Of a stretch of 64,000 nucleotides of DNA, positions 1 through 10,970 are shown one piece after another. The stretch spans positions 64,001-128,000 of the forward strand of contig OY781945.1 of assembly GCA_963677435.1 (NCBI GenBank), read 5' to 3'. The first letter of the stretch is position 1, and each line of letters opens with the position of its first letter. The DNA is from an uncultured Aliarcobacter sp. GTDB taxonomy: Bacteria > Campylobacterota > Campylobacteria > Campylobacterales > Arcobacteraceae. Under the pieces are notes generated by a model, which saw only the letters and a program-made list of their open reading frames with translations, did not search any database and was not told the origin of the DNA. The position numbers and the translations under genes were made by a program.

Positions 1-271
1 GATTTTGAAAAATTTTGAAAATTGTATCTAATGCTAATATTGGAGAAAAGACTTCTTTATTTTCATCAATTATTAGATATTTCTTATCTAAAAAATCAAA
101 TTTATCAACTTTTGATGAAATATAAACATCTTTAAAGTAAGGTTTTAATCTTTCATATTGATATTGTATTAAAGTTTTGGAAGCGAATGGAAGAAGAGAT
201 TTATCTTCTTCCATTCGTGAGCTTTTACCACCACTCAAAATTACACAAGTAATTTCAAATGGAGTAATCAT
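1..271 (-). CDS. mobA: molybdenum cofactor guanylyltransferase (runs off the window edge)
   Basis: Manual translation from ATG at 271: MITPFEITCVILSGGKSSRMEEDKSLLPF...; the LxGGxSxRM...K N-terminal motif of MobA/NTP transferases. Not in the ORF track because it is truncated. Confidence 0.8.
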   Translation of the reverse strand, partial: MITPFEITCVILSGGKSSRMEEDKSLLPFASKTLIQYQYERLKPYFKDVYISSKVDKFDFLDKKYLIIDENKEVFSPILALDTIFKIFQN

Positions 272-272
272 T

Positions 273-1553
273 TTATAAACTTCTTGGATCTGTAATATAT
301 CCAGAAATGGCACTTGCAGCGGCAACTGCACTATTTGCTAAATAAATTTTTGAGCTTCTTGAACCCATTCTTCCAATAAAGTTTCTGTTAGTAGTAGAGA
401 TACAAACTTCTCCATCACCTAAAATTCCCATATATCCACCTAAACATGCTCCACATGTTGGATTTGATACAACTGCACCTGCATCAACTAAGATATCAAT
501 ATATCCAGCTTTTTGTGCATCTCTTAGGATTTTTTGAGTTCCAGGAGTTACAATAAGTCTTACATGTCTTGCTACTTTTTTACCTTTTAAAATTTCAGCT
601 GCAACTTTAAAATCTGATAATCTTCCATTTGTACAGCTTCCAATAAATACTTGATCAACTCTAATATTATCAATTACAGCTTGATTTACTGAGTGACCAT
701 TTGATGGTAAAAATGGATATGCAATTACTGGATTTAAAGCTTCAACATCAATTTCAATTACTTGACAATATTTTGCATTTTCATCAGAATAATGAATTTT
801 TGGCTCCGCTCTTAATCCACCATTTAACTCAGCTGTTTTATCTAAAAACTCTTTTGTAACATCATCATATGCAACAATACCATTTTTAGCACCTGCTTCA
901 ATTGCCATATTACATAAAGAGAATCTATCATCCATACTTAGGTATTGAATTGTGTCACCTGTGAACTCTAAAGCTTTATATAAAGCTCCATCAACACCAA
1001 GAATTCTGATAATTTCTAAAATTAAATCTTTTCCAGTTACATAAGGACCTGGTTTTCCTTTAAAGATAACTTTGATTGACTCAGGAACTTTAAACCAGTT
1101 ACCACCAGTAATCATTCCAAATGAAATATCAGTTGAACCCATACCCGTTGAAAATGCACCTAGTGCTCCATGTGTACATGTATGTGAATCTGCACCAATA
1201 ATAACATCACCTGGTAATACTAAACCTTTTTCAGGTAAAAGTGCATGTTCAATTCCCATATCTTTTTCATCAAAGAAATATTTTAAATCATGTTTCATTG
1301 CAAAATCTCTTGAGATTTTTGCTTGATTTGCAGATGCTATATCTTTTGCAGGAATAAAGTGATCAAGAACAATAGCAAAACCTTCTGGATTTACTAATTT
1401 TTCAAAACCACCATCTTCAAATGCTTTTATTGAAATTGGAGTTGTAATATCATTACCAATTACCATATCAATTGGACTTCTTACAATCTCTCCTGCATAT
1501 ACATTATGACCAACATGCTCACTAAAAATTTTTTCTGTTATTGTTTGACCCAT
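273..1553 (-). CDS. leuC: 3-isopropylmalate dehydratase large subunit (LeuC/HacA type)
   Basis: Aconitase-family motifs GADSHTCT, IGSCTNGR, CGACLG, STTNRNF; 426 aa. Confidence 0.92.
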   Translation of the reverse strand: MGQTITEKIFSEHVGHNVYAGEIVRSPIDMVIGNDITTPISIKAFEDGGFEKLVNPEGFAIVLDHFIPAKDIASANQAKISRDFAMKHDLKYFFDEKDMGIEHALLPEKGLVLPGDVIIGADSHTCTHGALGAFSTGMGSTDISFGMITGGNWFKVPESIKVIFKGKPGPYVTGKDLILEIIRILGVDGALYKALEFTGDTIQYLSMDDRFSLCNMAIEAGAKNGIVAYDDVTKEFLDKTAELNGGLRAEPKIHYSDENAKYCQVIEIDVEALNPVIAYPFLPSNGHSVNQAVIDNIRVDQVFIGSCTNGRLSDFKVAAEILKGKKVARHVRLIVTPGTQKILRDAQKAGYIDILVDAGAVVSNPTCGACLGGYMGILGDGEVCISTTNRNFIGRMGSRSSKIYLANSAVAAASAISGYITDPRSL

Positions 1554-1620
1554 ATGAATTTTCCTGTCATTTTCTAAAATTTGTTGGATTATAGCTAAAT
1601 TTATTTTAAGCTACAAAAAT

Positions 1621-2094
1621 CTAAGATTTAATCTCATTTCGCTTTTTTTCTTCACGAGATTGTTTAATTTGTTTAAAAATAATTATTATAACGGCTAAAT
1701 CTATCATTACATCTGCAATATTAAAAATTGCAAAATCAAACCAATGATGCCAATAAAAATAATCAACAACTCCACCATAAGTAAATCTATCTAAAATATT
1801 AGATAAACCACCTGCATACAATAAACCAGTTGGAATATAATACTCTTTAAAAACATTTGGGTTTTTAAATAAATATAGTGTCCCTAACAAAACAAGAACT
1901 AATTGTATATATTTTAAATAATGTTCTAAAAATGAGAACATTGAGAATGCAACACCATAATTATATGCCAGCTTTAATGACATATAAGGACCATCTACAT
2001 CCCAAGCTAAATTTGCAAATCCAAATTTAACAATCTGGTCTATTAAAAAAACAACTATAAAAATAGTTATACTTAACTTTAACTCTCTTTTCAT
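1621..2094 (-). CDS. lspA: lipoprotein signal peptidase II
   Basis: [32 protein letters not shown] motifs. Confidence 0.95.
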   Translation of the reverse strand: MKRELKLSITIFIVVFLIDQIVKFGFANLAWDVDGPYMSLKLAYNYGVAFSMFSFLEHYLKYIQLVLVLLGTLYLFKNPNVFKEYYIPTGLLYAGGLSNILDRFTYGGVVDYFYWHHWFDFAIFNIADVMIDLAVIIIIFKQIKQSREEKKRNEIKS

Positions 2095-3425
2095 AATACT
2101 TTTTTGAAAAATGATTTTAGAGTTTCCATTGCATTATCAACATCTTTCTTATTTTTTCCCTCAAGAAGTAATCTAATTTTATTTTCAGTGCCTGAATATC
2201 TAATTAAATCTCTCATTCCTTTTTCTCTAATTGGTTTTAAAATCTCTTCTAAACCTTCAATTTTGTCTAAAGGAATTTTTTCAATTACTTTCATATTATG
2301 TAAAATCTGAGGATATAACTCAAAAGGATTTAATACTTCACTAGCTTTTTTACCTGATTTTATAATTAATGCTAATACTTGAAGTGCTGAAGCTAATCCA
2401 TCACCTGTTTTTGCCACATCTGAGAAAATAATATGACCACTTTGTTCACCACCAAAGTTGATATTTTTTTCTTTCATGATTTCAAGAACATGTTTGTCTC
2501 CAACATCAGATCTAAAAAGTTCAATTCCATTTTTTGCTAGATAATCTTCTAAAGCTTTATTTGACATTACTGTTGTTACACAAGCATTAGTATTTAAAAG
2601 TTTCTCATCTTTTAAGAAAGTACATAAAGCTCCAATTAGGTTATCTCCATCTACAACTTCACCCTTTTCATCAATAATTACTAATCTATCAGCATCTCCA
2701 TCAAGGGCAAGACCAATATCAGCTCTATATTCTCTTACAATTTTGCCAATATGTTCAGGATGCATAGCACCACAATCTTCATTAATATTAAATCCATCTG
2801 GTTTATTGTTTACAACAATTACATCTGCACCTAACTCTTGTAAAATTGTAGGTCCTACTTTATAAGCTGCTCCATTTGCACAATCAAGGACAATTCTCAT
2901 ACCACTTAAATTTAAATCTCTTGGAAATGAACTTTTAATTGATACTATATATCTTCCAATAACATCATCAATTCTTTTTGAAGCACCGATGTTTCTACCA
3001 GTTACTTGTTCAGTCTGCATTAATTCACTATCATTAAAAATTGCTTCTATTGCCTCTTCACAATCTGTATTTAATTTATTACCATGATTATCAAAAAACT
3101 TTATTCCATTATCTTCAAATGGATTATGAGATGCACTAATCATAATACCAGCATCACATCTCATACTTTCTGTTAAATATGCAATTGCAGGAGTTGGCAT
3201 TGGTCCTATTTGAATTACATCATAACCAACAGCTGTTAAACCACTAACAAGTGCATTTTCAATCATATAACCGCTTCTTCTTGTGTCTTTTCCTACAAGA
3301 ATTTTCTTAGTTGTTGAATGTTTTCTAAAATATATACCTGCAGCTTTTGCCAATTTTAGTACTGTAATTGCATCTAAAAAATCACCTGCTTTGCCTCTAA
3401 CGCCATCTGTTCCGAATAGTTTCAT
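2091..3425 (-). CDS. glmM: phosphoglucosamine mutase
   Basis: [15 protein letters not shown] phosphoserine loop, DGDADR, GGEQSGH, RYSGTE. Confidence 0.96.
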   Translation of the reverse strand: MKLFGTDGVRGKAGDFLDAITVLKLAKAAGIYFRKHSTTKKILVGKDTRRSGYMIENALVSGLTAVGYDVIQIGPMPTPAIAYLTESMRCDAGIMISASHNPFEDNGIKFFDNHGNKLNTDCEEAIEAIFNDSELMQTEQVTGRNIGASKRIDDVIGRYIVSIKSSFPRDLNLSGMRIVLDCANGAAYKVGPTILQELGADVIVVNNKPDGFNINEDCGAMHPEHIGKIVREYRADIGLALDGDADRLVIIDEKGEVVDGDNLIGALCTFLKDEKLLNTNACVTTVMSNKALEDYLAKNGIELFRSDVGDKHVLEIMKEKNINFGGEQSGHIIFSDVAKTGDGLASALQVLALIIKSGKKASEVLNPFELYPQILHNMKVIEKIPLDKIEGLEEILKPIREKGMRDLIRYSGTENKIRLLLEGKNKKDVDNAMETLKSFFKKVL

Positions 3426-3508
3426 TAAATCTTCCTAAAATTAAACTCTGTTTAAGTTACTTTAGGTAATATTCTACCCTTAAAATTTTTACAAAGAGGT
3501 TAAAAAAA

Positions 3509-3769
3509 ATGGCAAATCACAAATCTTCTGAGAAAAGAGCTAGACAAACTAGAATTAAAACAGAAAGAAACAGATTTTATAAAACTAGAATCAAGAATGT
3601 TACGAAAAATGTATTATCTGCAATCGACACAGCAGACAAAGAAAAAGCAGTTGACGCAATGAAAACAGCTAACAAATATTTACACCATTGTGTATCTAAA
3701 GGTATTATTAAAAAAGAAACTGCTGCAAGAAAAGTTAGTAGATTACAAGTAAAAGTTAACGCTATATAA
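3509..3769 (+). CDS. rpsT: 30S ribosomal protein S20
   Basis: [13 protein letters not shown]...[16 protein letters not shown]; 86 aa, basic. Confidence 0.97.
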   Translation: MANHKSSEKRARQTRIKTERNRFYKTRIKNVTKNVLSAIDTADKEKAVDAMKTANKYLHHCVSKGIIKKETAARKVSRLQVKVNAI

Positions 3770-3772
3770 TTT

Positions 3773-4840
3773 ATGTTAAAAAGCAGACTACAACCATTTA
3801 TTAATAGATACGAAGAAATTAATAATTTATTAATGGCTCCGGATATTACAAATGATATAAAAAGAATGACTGATCTGTCAAAAGAGCAGTCAAATATGCA
3901 ACCTATTGTTATTAAAGCTCGTGAGTATGTTAAATTAATGGATGACATTGATGAAAATAAAATGATGCTTGATGATCCAGAACTTGGTGATTTAGCAAAA
4001 GAAGAACTCAAAGAATTAGAAACAAGAAAACCAAAACTTGAAGATGAAATTAAATTTTTAATGATTCCTAAAGACCCTAATGATGATAAAAATATCTATT
4101 TAGAGTTAAGAGCTGGTACTGGTGGTGATGAAGCTGCTATCTTTGTAGGTGACCTTTTTAGAGGTTATTTAAGATATGCAGAAAACAATGGTTGGAAAGT
4201 TGAAATCATGAGCTCAAGTGAGAGCGAATCGCATGGATATAAAGAAATTGTATTTCTAATCAAAGGTGACCATGTTTACTCAAAATTAAAGTTTGAGGGT
4301 GGTACACATAGAGTACAAAGAGTTCCTGCAACTGAATCTCAAGGAAGGGTTCACACATCAGCTATTACTGTTGCTGTTATGCCTGAAGTTGATGATGTGG
4401 AAGTAGAAATAAATCCAAATGATTTAAAAATTGATGTTATGAGAGCCAGTGGAAATGGTGGTCAATCTGTAAATACTACAGACTCGGCTGTTAGAATCAC
4501 TCATATTCCATCTGGAATTGTTGTAACAAATCAAGATCAAAAATCTCAACATAAAAATAAAGATAGAGCTATGAAAGTTTTAAAAGCGAAACTTTATGAA
4601 ATTGAGATGCAGAAAAAAATGGAATCTGAAGGTGCTACAAGAAAAGAGCAAGTTGGTACTGGTGATAGAAGTGGAAGAATAAGAACTTATAACTATCCAC
4701 AAAATAGAATCAGTGATCACAGAATCAACTTGACTTTATATAGACTTGATTACATCATGAATGATGGTCTGTTTGATGAAGTGATTGATCCTCTTATTGC
4801 TGATCATCAATCTAGACTCATCGAGGCTAATGGGTTATAA
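3773..4840 (+). CDS. prfA: peptide chain release factor 1
   Basis: GGQ motif, PAT (PxT) recognition motif, [16 protein letters not shown]. Confidence 0.97.
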   Translation: MLKSRLQPFINRYEEINNLLMAPDITNDIKRMTDLSKEQSNMQPIVIKAREYVKLMDDIDENKMMLDDPELGDLAKEELKELETRKPKLEDEIKFLMIPKDPNDDKNIYLELRAGTGGDEAAIFVGDLFRGYLRYAENNGWKVEIMSSSESESHGYKEIVFLIKGDHVYSKLKFEGGTHRVQRVPATESQGRVHTSAITVAVMPEVDDVEVEINPNDLKIDVMRASGNGGQSVNTTDSAVRITHIPSGIVVTNQDQKSQHKNKDRAMKVLKAKLYEIEMQKKMESEGATRKEQVGTGDRSGRIRTYNYPQNRISDHRINLTLYRLDYIMNDGLFDEVIDPLIADHQSRLIEANGL

Positions 4841-4856
4841 TCCATTAGCTTTTTTT
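4826..4856 (+). terminator. intrinsic terminator overlapping the prfA stop codon
   Basis: GCTAATGG-gttataat-CCATTAGC hairpin followed by T7. Confidence 0.75.
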
Positions 4857-5039
4857 ATGATAGAACTAAATAAAACTTACATTCACTACAAAAATAATAA
4901 ACCATACACTACTATAGACTTTTGTAAAATTCAAGAAAATGACATTTGGACAAAAGCTGTTATTTATAAACCAAATGATTGCGAAGAACTTTTTGTAAGA
5001 ACTTATGAAGAGTTTGAAAGTAAATTCAAACAAAAGTAA
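4857..5039 (+). CDS. small DUF1653-like protein
   Basis: From ATG 4857: MIELNKTYIHYKNNKPY...VIYK...LFVRTYEEFESKF resembles the YxHYK...VxY...wVRp..eF pattern of DUF1653; no clear RBS. Confidence 0.6.
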   Translation: MIELNKTYIHYKNNKPYTTIDFCKIQENDIWTKAVIYKPNDCEELFVRTYEEFESKFKQK

Positions 5040-5067
5040 CCAAAATGTAATCAATAGTTATTAAACT
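5036..5067 (+). promoter_or_regulatory. Pho-box-like 11-bp direct repeat plus -10 of pstS
   Basis: GTAAC-CAAAAT-GTAAT (5036/5047) then TAAACT at 5062; the same layout occurs before pstC. Confidence 0.6.
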
Positions 5068-5096
5068 TCTGCCATAAATAAAATGTGGAGAAGAGA

Positions 5097-6149
5097 ATGA
5101 CTTTAAAAAAAATATCAATATTATTAATTTCAAGTACACTTTTAACTACAACTTTGAGTGCAAGAGATCAAATTAAAATTGTTGGTTCTTCTACTGTATA
5201 CCCTTTCTCATCTTCTGTTGCTGAAGAACTTGGAGCAACTACTAAATTCCCAACACCTGTTGTTGAATCAACTGGAACTGGTGGAGGAATGAAACTATTT
5301 TGTGCAGGCTCTGATTTAAATACACCAGATATTTCAAATGCATCAAGAAGAATGAAAGATAAAGAATTTAAATTATGTGAAGAAAATGGTGTAACAGATA
5401 TCACAGAAGCTATTATTGGTTTTGATGGTATTGCTATTGCACAAGATGCAAAAGTTGCTACATTTAATCTTACAAAAGCTCAATTAGCTTTAGCAGTTGC
5501 AGCTGAAGTTCCATCAAAAGATGGAAAATCTTTAATTTCAAATCCTTATAAAAAATGGTCAGATATTGATGCCTCTTTACCTTCAAGAGAAATCGTTGTT
5601 TATGGACCACCAAAATCATCAGGAACTAGAGACTCTTTTGAAGAGCTTGTATTACAACATGTATTTGAGAAAATGCCAGTTTATACAGATTTATATAAAG
5701 CTAATGAAACTGCAAATAAAAGATATAAATCTTATTCAGTTCTTAGAACAGATGGTGTTTATGTTGAATCTGGCGAAAATGATAATTTGATTGTTCAAAA
5801 ATTAACTAAAAATTCTGCTGCTATTGGAATCTTTGGTTACTCATTTTTAGAAGAAAACAAAGACAAAGTTGTTGGATTAACTATTGATAATGTAACTCCT
5901 ACAGTTGATACTATCTCTTCTGGTAAATATCCAATTGCTAGATCTATGTATTTTTATATTAAAAATGCTCATGTAAAAGATGTTCCTGCTTTAAAAGAGT
6001 ATACAAACCTATTTATGTCTGAAAAGATGATTGGTAATGATGGTATTTTAACAGAATTAGGACTTGTTGTTCTTCCAAGCGATGTAAGAACTGCAGCAAG
6101 AATAAAAGTGAAAAACAGTGAGAAATTAACTTTAGATCAACTAAAGTAA
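5097..6149 (+). CDS. pstS: phosphate ABC transporter substrate-binding protein
   Basis: Signal peptide, VGSSTVYP, STGTGGG, SGTRDSF, YPIARSMYFY; ATG 5097 after GGAG chosen over GTG 5085. Confidence 0.93.
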   Translation: MTLKKISILLISSTLLTTTLSARDQIKIVGSSTVYPFSSSVAEELGATTKFPTPVVESTGTGGGMKLFCAGSDLNTPDISNASRRMKDKEFKLCEENGVTDITEAIIGFDGIAIAQDAKVATFNLTKAQLALAVAAEVPSKDGKSLISNPYKKWSDIDASLPSREIVVYGPPKSSGTRDSFEELVLQHVFEKMPVYTDLYKANETANKRYKSYSVLRTDGVYVESGENDNLIVQKLTKNSAAIGIFGYSFLEENKDKVVGLTIDNVTPTVDTISSGKYPIARSMYFYIKNAHVKDVPALKEYTNLFMSEKMIGNDGILTELGLVVLPSDVRTAARIKVKNSEKLTLDQLK

Positions 6150-6155
6150 CAAATT

Positions 6156-6180
6156 AAAAAGAAGTTAACTCTTCTTTTTT
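6156..6180 (+). terminator. intrinsic terminator after pstS
   Basis: AAAAAGAAG-ttaact-CTTCTTTTTT. Confidence 0.6.
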
Positions 6181-6185
6181 AGAAA

Positions 6186-6249
6186 AATATCATTGCTGAG
6201 TTTTTATCTGTTGACGCGAACAAAGAGATAAAAACTCAGCAATGATATT
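6186..6249. repeat. perfect 24-bp inverted repeat with 16-nt loop
   Basis: AATATCATTGCTGAGTTTTTATCT (6186-6209) / AGATAAAAACTCAGCAATGATATT (6226-6249). Confidence 0.9.
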
Positions 6250-6272
6250 ACAAAACTAAGTTTAGGTTAACA

Positions 6273-8003
6273 ATGCAAAACTGGAATCAAATTATTGAAA
6301 AATTGGATTATGCTTTTCAGCCTATTATTTACTCTCATACGGGGAAAATTTATGCGGTTGAAGCACTTATAAGAAATGTTCAAAATATACCTGGTTTAAG
6401 TGCCATCGATGATTTATTTAATATGGCTTTCAATGATGATTATCTATATGAATTAGATTTGCAATTAAGAGAAAAAGCTATTCAAAAATTCTCTGAAATT
6501 AAAATTGATAATCTACGATTATTTTATAATTTAGATAATAGAATAATTTATAATAAAAACTTTTCAATGGGAAATACCTCTAAAATCCTAAAAAAATATA
6601 AACTCAATAAAAACAATATCTGCTTTGAATTAAGTGAAAAAGGTACATCTATTGAACAAAATGCTCTATCTACAATGATTCAAAGATACAAAGAAGAAGG
6701 TTTTACAATTGCAATTGATGATTTTGGGATTGGAGTTTCAGGCCTTAAACTTTTATATTTTAGTGAAGCACATATTATTAAACTTGATAGATATTTCATT
6801 TCAAATATTGACCAAGATTCAAAGAAAAAACTTTTTTGCTCTTCAATAATTGAAATGGCACATATTATGGGAATGCAAGTTATAGCAGAAGGTGTTGAGA
6901 CTGTTAAAGAGTTTTACACATGCAAAGATATAGGTGCAGATTTTATTCAAGGATTTTTAGTACAAAAACCAACTGTTGAAATAGATGAGATAAAAAGTAT
7001 TTATAATAATATAGTTACTTTAATAAATGAAGATAAAAGGAATAATCCAAATACAACAATCGATGAAGAGTTTATTGAACCAATTGTTGCACTTAATGTA
7101 AATACTTCTTTATATGAACTTTTTGTTCATGTTAAAGAATCAACTAAAAATAATTTCGTTCCTATTGTGGATGAATATGATAATTTTTTAGGAATTATTT
7201 ATGAAAGTGATATAAAAAAGATTTCTTATTCTCAATATGGATTATCACTTGCACAAAATAAAACATTCTCTTCAACTTTAATTAAATATTTAAAACCAGC
7301 ATTATCAGTTGAAATATCTTGGGGAATTGATAAAATACTTGAAATGTATAACTTAAATTCAAAAGATTCTTTAGGAATTTTTATAACTCAATCAAATAAA
7401 TATAGAGGTTTTATCAATCTTAATTCTCTTTTAACTCTATCATATAAAAGAAATATAGAAATAGCAACAAATCAAAATCCTCTAACAAAATTGCCAGGGA
7501 ATAATCAAATAGAAAAATTTATTGAAAAAACTCTTAAAAAAATACAAAAAAGTATTACGCATATTATTTATTTCGATTTTAATGATTTTAAACCATTTAA
7601 TGATATTTATGGCTTTAGATTAGGAGATAGAGCTATTTTAGTTTTCTCAGAACTTTTACAAAAGAGATATCCCAAAGACGCCTTTATTGCACATATTGGA
7701 GGTGATGATTTTTTTGTAGGATTAAGAGATCATAAATTTGAAGAGGTTTTTGAATTAACAAATAATGTTCAAGTTGAATTCAAAAATTCAATGGAAAATT
7801 TGTACTCAAAAAAAGATAAAGAAAATGGATTCATAATGGCAAAAGATAGATTTAATGTTGAAAGAAGTTTTAACTTGTTATCTGTTTCATCTGCAATTAT
7901 TGAAATAAATTCTAAATCAAATATAAATAATTTTGATTCAACACTAAATGTGTTAAAAAAAGCATCTAAGGGGTCAGCAAAGCCAATTTCAAGTATTTTG
8001 TAA
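6273..8003 (+). CDS. EAL-(CBS-like)-GGDEF c-di-GMP turnover protein
   Basis: FQPI, VEALIR, DDFGIG, IKLDR, AEGVET, QGF in the N-terminal EAL domain; NPLTKLPGN, FKPFNDIYG and GGDDF at the C terminus. Confidence 0.9.
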   Translation: MQNWNQIIEKLDYAFQPIIYSHTGKIYAVEALIRNVQNIPGLSAIDDLFNMAFNDDYLYELDLQLREKAIQKFSEIKIDNLRLFYNLDNRIIYNKNFSMGNTSKILKKYKLNKNNICFELSEKGTSIEQNALSTMIQRYKEEGFTIAIDDFGIGVSGLKLLYFSEAHIIKLDRYFISNIDQDSKKKLFCSSIIEMAHIMGMQVIAEGVETVKEFYTCKDIGADFIQGFLVQKPTVEIDEIKSIYNNIVTLINEDKRNNPNTTIDEEFIEPIVALNVNTSLYELFVHVKESTKNNFVPIVDEYDNFLGIIYESDIKKISYSQYGLSLAQNKTFSSTLIKYLKPALSVEISWGIDKILEMYNLNSKDSLGIFITQSNKYRGFINLNSLLTLSYKRNIEIATNQNPLTKLPGNNQIEKFIEKTLKKIQKSITHIIYFDFNDFKPFNDIYGFRLGDRAILVFSELLQKRYPKDAFIAHIGGDDFFVGLRDHKFEEVFELTNNVQVEFKNSMENLYSKKDKENGFIMAKDRFNVERSFNLLSVSSAIIEINSKSNINNFDSTLNVLKKASKGSAKPISSIL

Positions 8004-8040
8004 CCACTGTAACCATTGTGTAACTATTTTTATTTAGTAT
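8000..8040 (+). promoter_or_regulatory. Pho-box-like repeat plus -10 of pstC
   Basis: GTAAC at 8000, 8009, 8020 (last two 11 bp apart), TAGTAT at 8035; same 15-nt offset as at pstS. Confidence 0.6.
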
Positions 8041-8071
8041 ATCAATAATATTTTGTATAAAGGTAATATTA

Positions 8072-9001
8072 TTGGACGCTTTTGATTCAAGAAAGAAACA
8101 AAGAGAATTGAATGAAAGATTAATTAAAATAGCTTTAATCTGTGCAGCAGGAATCTCTATTCTAACTACATTTGGAATCTTATTTTCAATATTATTTGAA
8201 GCAATAGAATTTTTTAAATTAAGAAGTTTTTGGTACTTTATATCAGGAACAATCTGGTCACCAGGAGTAATTGGCAGTCAGTTTGGTGCCTTACCAATAT
8301 TTTCAGGTACATTCATAATAACACTTATTGCTCTAGCTGTTGCTATTCCAATTGGCCTTGGAAGTGCAATTTATATGAGTGAATATGCTAGTTCAAATCT
8401 AAGAGATTATTTAAAACCTATGCTTGAAGTACTAGCTGGTATTCCAACTGTTGTTTATGGTTTTTTTGCAGCAATTACAGTTGCTCCATTTGTTGTAAAA
8501 GTTGCAGAAGTTGTTGGGCTTGAAGCTACATTTAATTCTGCACTTGCATCTGGAATTGTAATGGGAATTATGATTATTCCTGTAATTTCATCACTATCTG
8601 ATGATGTAATTCGTGCAGTTCCAGATAGTCAAAGAAAAGCAGCTTTTGCATTAGGAATGACTCATGGGGAAACTATTAAAAATATTGTTTTACCATCTGC
8701 AATGCCAGGAATTATTTCAGCTTCACTATTAGCTCTTTCAAAAGCATTAGGGGAGACTATGATTGTTGTTATGGCAGCAGGATTGAGACCAAATCTTTCA
8801 TGGAATCCCCTTGAAGATATGACAACTGTTACAGTTACAATTGTTAATTCACTTGTTGGGGATTTTGAATTTAATTCACCTGAAACACTTTCAGCTTTTG
8901 CATTAGGATTAGTATTATTTATTGTAACTTTGATATTAAATATGATTTCACTATCACTAATTAGAAAATTCAAGGAAAAATATAAAGTGAATACATTATG
9001 A
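8072..9001 (+). CDS. pstC: phosphate ABC permease PstC
   Basis: LAGIPTVVYG, ALGETM motifs; hydrophobic; TTG start. Confidence 0.94.
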   Translation: MDAFDSRKKQRELNERLIKIALICAAGISILTTFGILFSILFEAIEFFKLRSFWYFISGTIWSPGVIGSQFGALPIFSGTFIITLIALAVAIPIGLGSAIYMSEYASSNLRDYLKPMLEVLAGIPTVVYGFFAAITVAPFVVKVAEVVGLEATFNSALASGIVMGIMIIPVISSLSDDVIRAVPDSQRKAAFALGMTHGETIKNIVLPSAMPGIISASLLALSKALGETMIVVMAAGLRPNLSWNPLEDMTTVTVTIVNSLVGDFEFNSPETLSAFALGLVLFIVTLILNMISLSLIRKFKEKYKVNTL

Positions 9002-10185
9002 TTAAAAGAAAAAAGAAGAATAAACAAGATAATCCATTTTACGATCCAAACTTAAAAAAACGACATGCAAGTGCAAGAAGATTTAAAAAATTCACATTAA
9101 CTTCATTAGTTTTTTCAATTGCATTTTTATCATTTTTTCTTTTTGATATCATAGGGAAAGGATTACCAGCATTCAAAGCAGCCTACATACATCTTGAGGT
9201 TAATTACAATGAAAAATCATTAGATGATACAAGATTTGCTGTTGATAAGAAATATAGAAGTCTTGTATCAAGAGCATGGCTTAGAGACATTCCAAATAAG
9301 CTAAGAGAAAACCCAAAGTTATTGAATACAACTCAAACAACTTGGGTTTTAGCAGATGACCAAGTTGATCAATATTTAAAAGGTCATCATCATAAATTAA
9401 AAGATAAAGAGATTACTTTAGTTGAAGAGTTATATGCTCAAGGCATAATCAAAAATAAATTCAACACTATTTTCTTTACAAATGGTGACTCAAAAATTCC
9501 TGAATATGCTGGTTTATATTCTGCAATGGTGGGTTCTGTTCTTACTTTGATAATTACAATGGTTGTTGCCTTTCCTATTGGAGTAATGACTGCAATTTAT
9601 CTTGAGGAATTTGAAACTGATAATAAATTTACAAGATTTATTGAAATAAATATTAATAATCTAGCAGCAATTCCTTCAATATTATTTGGTCTTTTAGGAC
9701 TTGCAATATTTATTAATCTTTTTGGAATGCCAAGATCTTCACCTTTAGTTGGTGGATTAACTTTAGCACTTATGACATTGCCAATTATAATTGTTAGTTC
9801 AAGAGCAGCGCTAAGAGCTGTTCCTGATAGTATAAGACAAGCTGGATATGGATTGGGACTAAATAAAATTCAAGTAACAAGGGATCATGTTTTACCTTTA
9901 GCATTTCCTGGTGTATTAACAGGTTCAATTATTGGTTTAGCCCAAGCAATGGGTGAAACAGCACCTTTAATTATCATAGGAATGATTGCTTTTATTCCCG
10001 ATGCTCCAACAATGGTGACACAAGCTGCAACTGTAATGCCAGCACAGTTATTCACATGGGCAGGAATGCCAGAGGGAACATATATCGAAAAAACAGCTGC
10101 TGGAATTATGGTGTTATTAACAATATTAATCTCACTAAATACAGTTGCTATTTATTTGAGAAAAAAATTTGAAGTTAAATGGTAA
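8998..10185 (+). CDS. pstA: phosphate ABC permease PstA
   Basis: NLAAIPSILFGL, GETAPL; follows pstC. Confidence 0.94.
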   Translation: MIKRKKKNKQDNPFYDPNLKKRHASARRFKKFTLTSLVFSIAFLSFFLFDIIGKGLPAFKAAYIHLEVNYNEKSLDDTRFAVDKKYRSLVSRAWLRDIPNKLRENPKLLNTTQTTWVLADDQVDQYLKGHHHKLKDKEITLVEELYAQGIIKNKFNTIFFTNGDSKIPEYAGLYSAMVGSVLTLIITMVVAFPIGVMTAIYLEEFETDNKFTRFIEININNLAAIPSILFGLLGLAIFINLFGMPRSSPLVGGLTLALMTLPIIIVSSRAALRAVPDSIRQAGYGLGLNKIQVTRDHVLPLAFPGVLTGSIIGLAQAMGETAPLIIIGMIAFIPDAPTMVTQAATVMPAQLFTWAGMPEGTYIEKTAAGIMVLLTILISLNTVAIYLRKKFEVKW

Positions 10186-10196
10186 TAAGGTAAATA

Positions 10197-10970
10197 ATGA
10201 TAACAAATGATAACAAAACAAAAATTGATATAAAAAATTTAAACCTATATTATGGAGCGAATCAAGCACTATTTGATATTACAGCCGAATTATATGAAAA
10301 TAAAATCACAGCTCTAATAGGACCATCAGGTTGTGGAAAATCTACATTTTTAAGATGTCTTAATAGAATGAATGACTTAATTCCTACAGTAAAAATTGAT
10401 GGTTCTATCGTTATTGACAATAAAAATATATATGATAGAGATGTGGATGAAGTTAGTGTTAGAAAAAGAGTGGGAATGGTATTTCAACAACCAAATCCTT
10501 TTCCAAAATCAATCTATGACAATGTGGCATATGCTCCATTAAAACATGGAATTATAAGAAAAGGAAAAGATTGCGATGAGTTAGTTGAAACTTCACTTAT
10601 TAAATCTGGACTTTGGAATGAGGTAAAAGATAAATTAAATCAAGCAGGAACTTCACTTTCAGGAGGACAACAACAAAGATTATGTATTGCAAGAACAATA
10701 GCAATTAAACCAGAAGTTATTTTAATGGATGAGCCAACAAGCGCCCTTGACCCAATTAGTACAGAAAAAATTGAAGCTTTAATGCTTGAATTAAAACAAG
10801 ACTATACAATAATAACAGTTACGCATAATATGCAACAAGCAGCAAGAGTTGCAGATTACACAGCTTTTTTCCATTTAGGAAAATTAATTGAATATGATGA
10901 AACAGAGACTATCTTTGTTAATCCTAATAACAAAAAAACAGAAGATTATATTACAGGGAGATTTGGATAA
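10197..10970 (+). CDS. pstB: phosphate ABC ATPase PstB
   Basis: [46 protein letters not shown]. Confidence 0.97.
   Translation: MITNDNKTKIDIKNLNLYYGANQALFDITAELYENKITALIGPSGCGKSTFLRCLNRMNDLIPTVKIDGSIVIDNKNIYDRDVDEVSVRKRVGMVFQQPNPFPKSIYDNVAYAPLKHGIIRKGKDCDELVETSLIKSGLWNEVKDKLNQAGTSLSGGQQQRLCIARTIAIKPEVILMDEPTSALDPISTEKIEALMLELKQDYTIITVTHNMQQAARVADYTAFFHLGKLIEYDETETIFVNPNNKKTEDYITGRFG

Noticed and set aside
3773..4840. Programmed frameshift in the release-factor gene
   Set aside because: This is RF1 (PxT motif) with an uninterrupted ORF; the frameshift is a feature of prfB.
6186..6272. c-di-GMP riboswitch before the EAL-GGDEF gene
   Set aside because: A single perfect hairpin without the two-stem GNRA tetraloop/receptor architecture; kept only as an inverted repeat.
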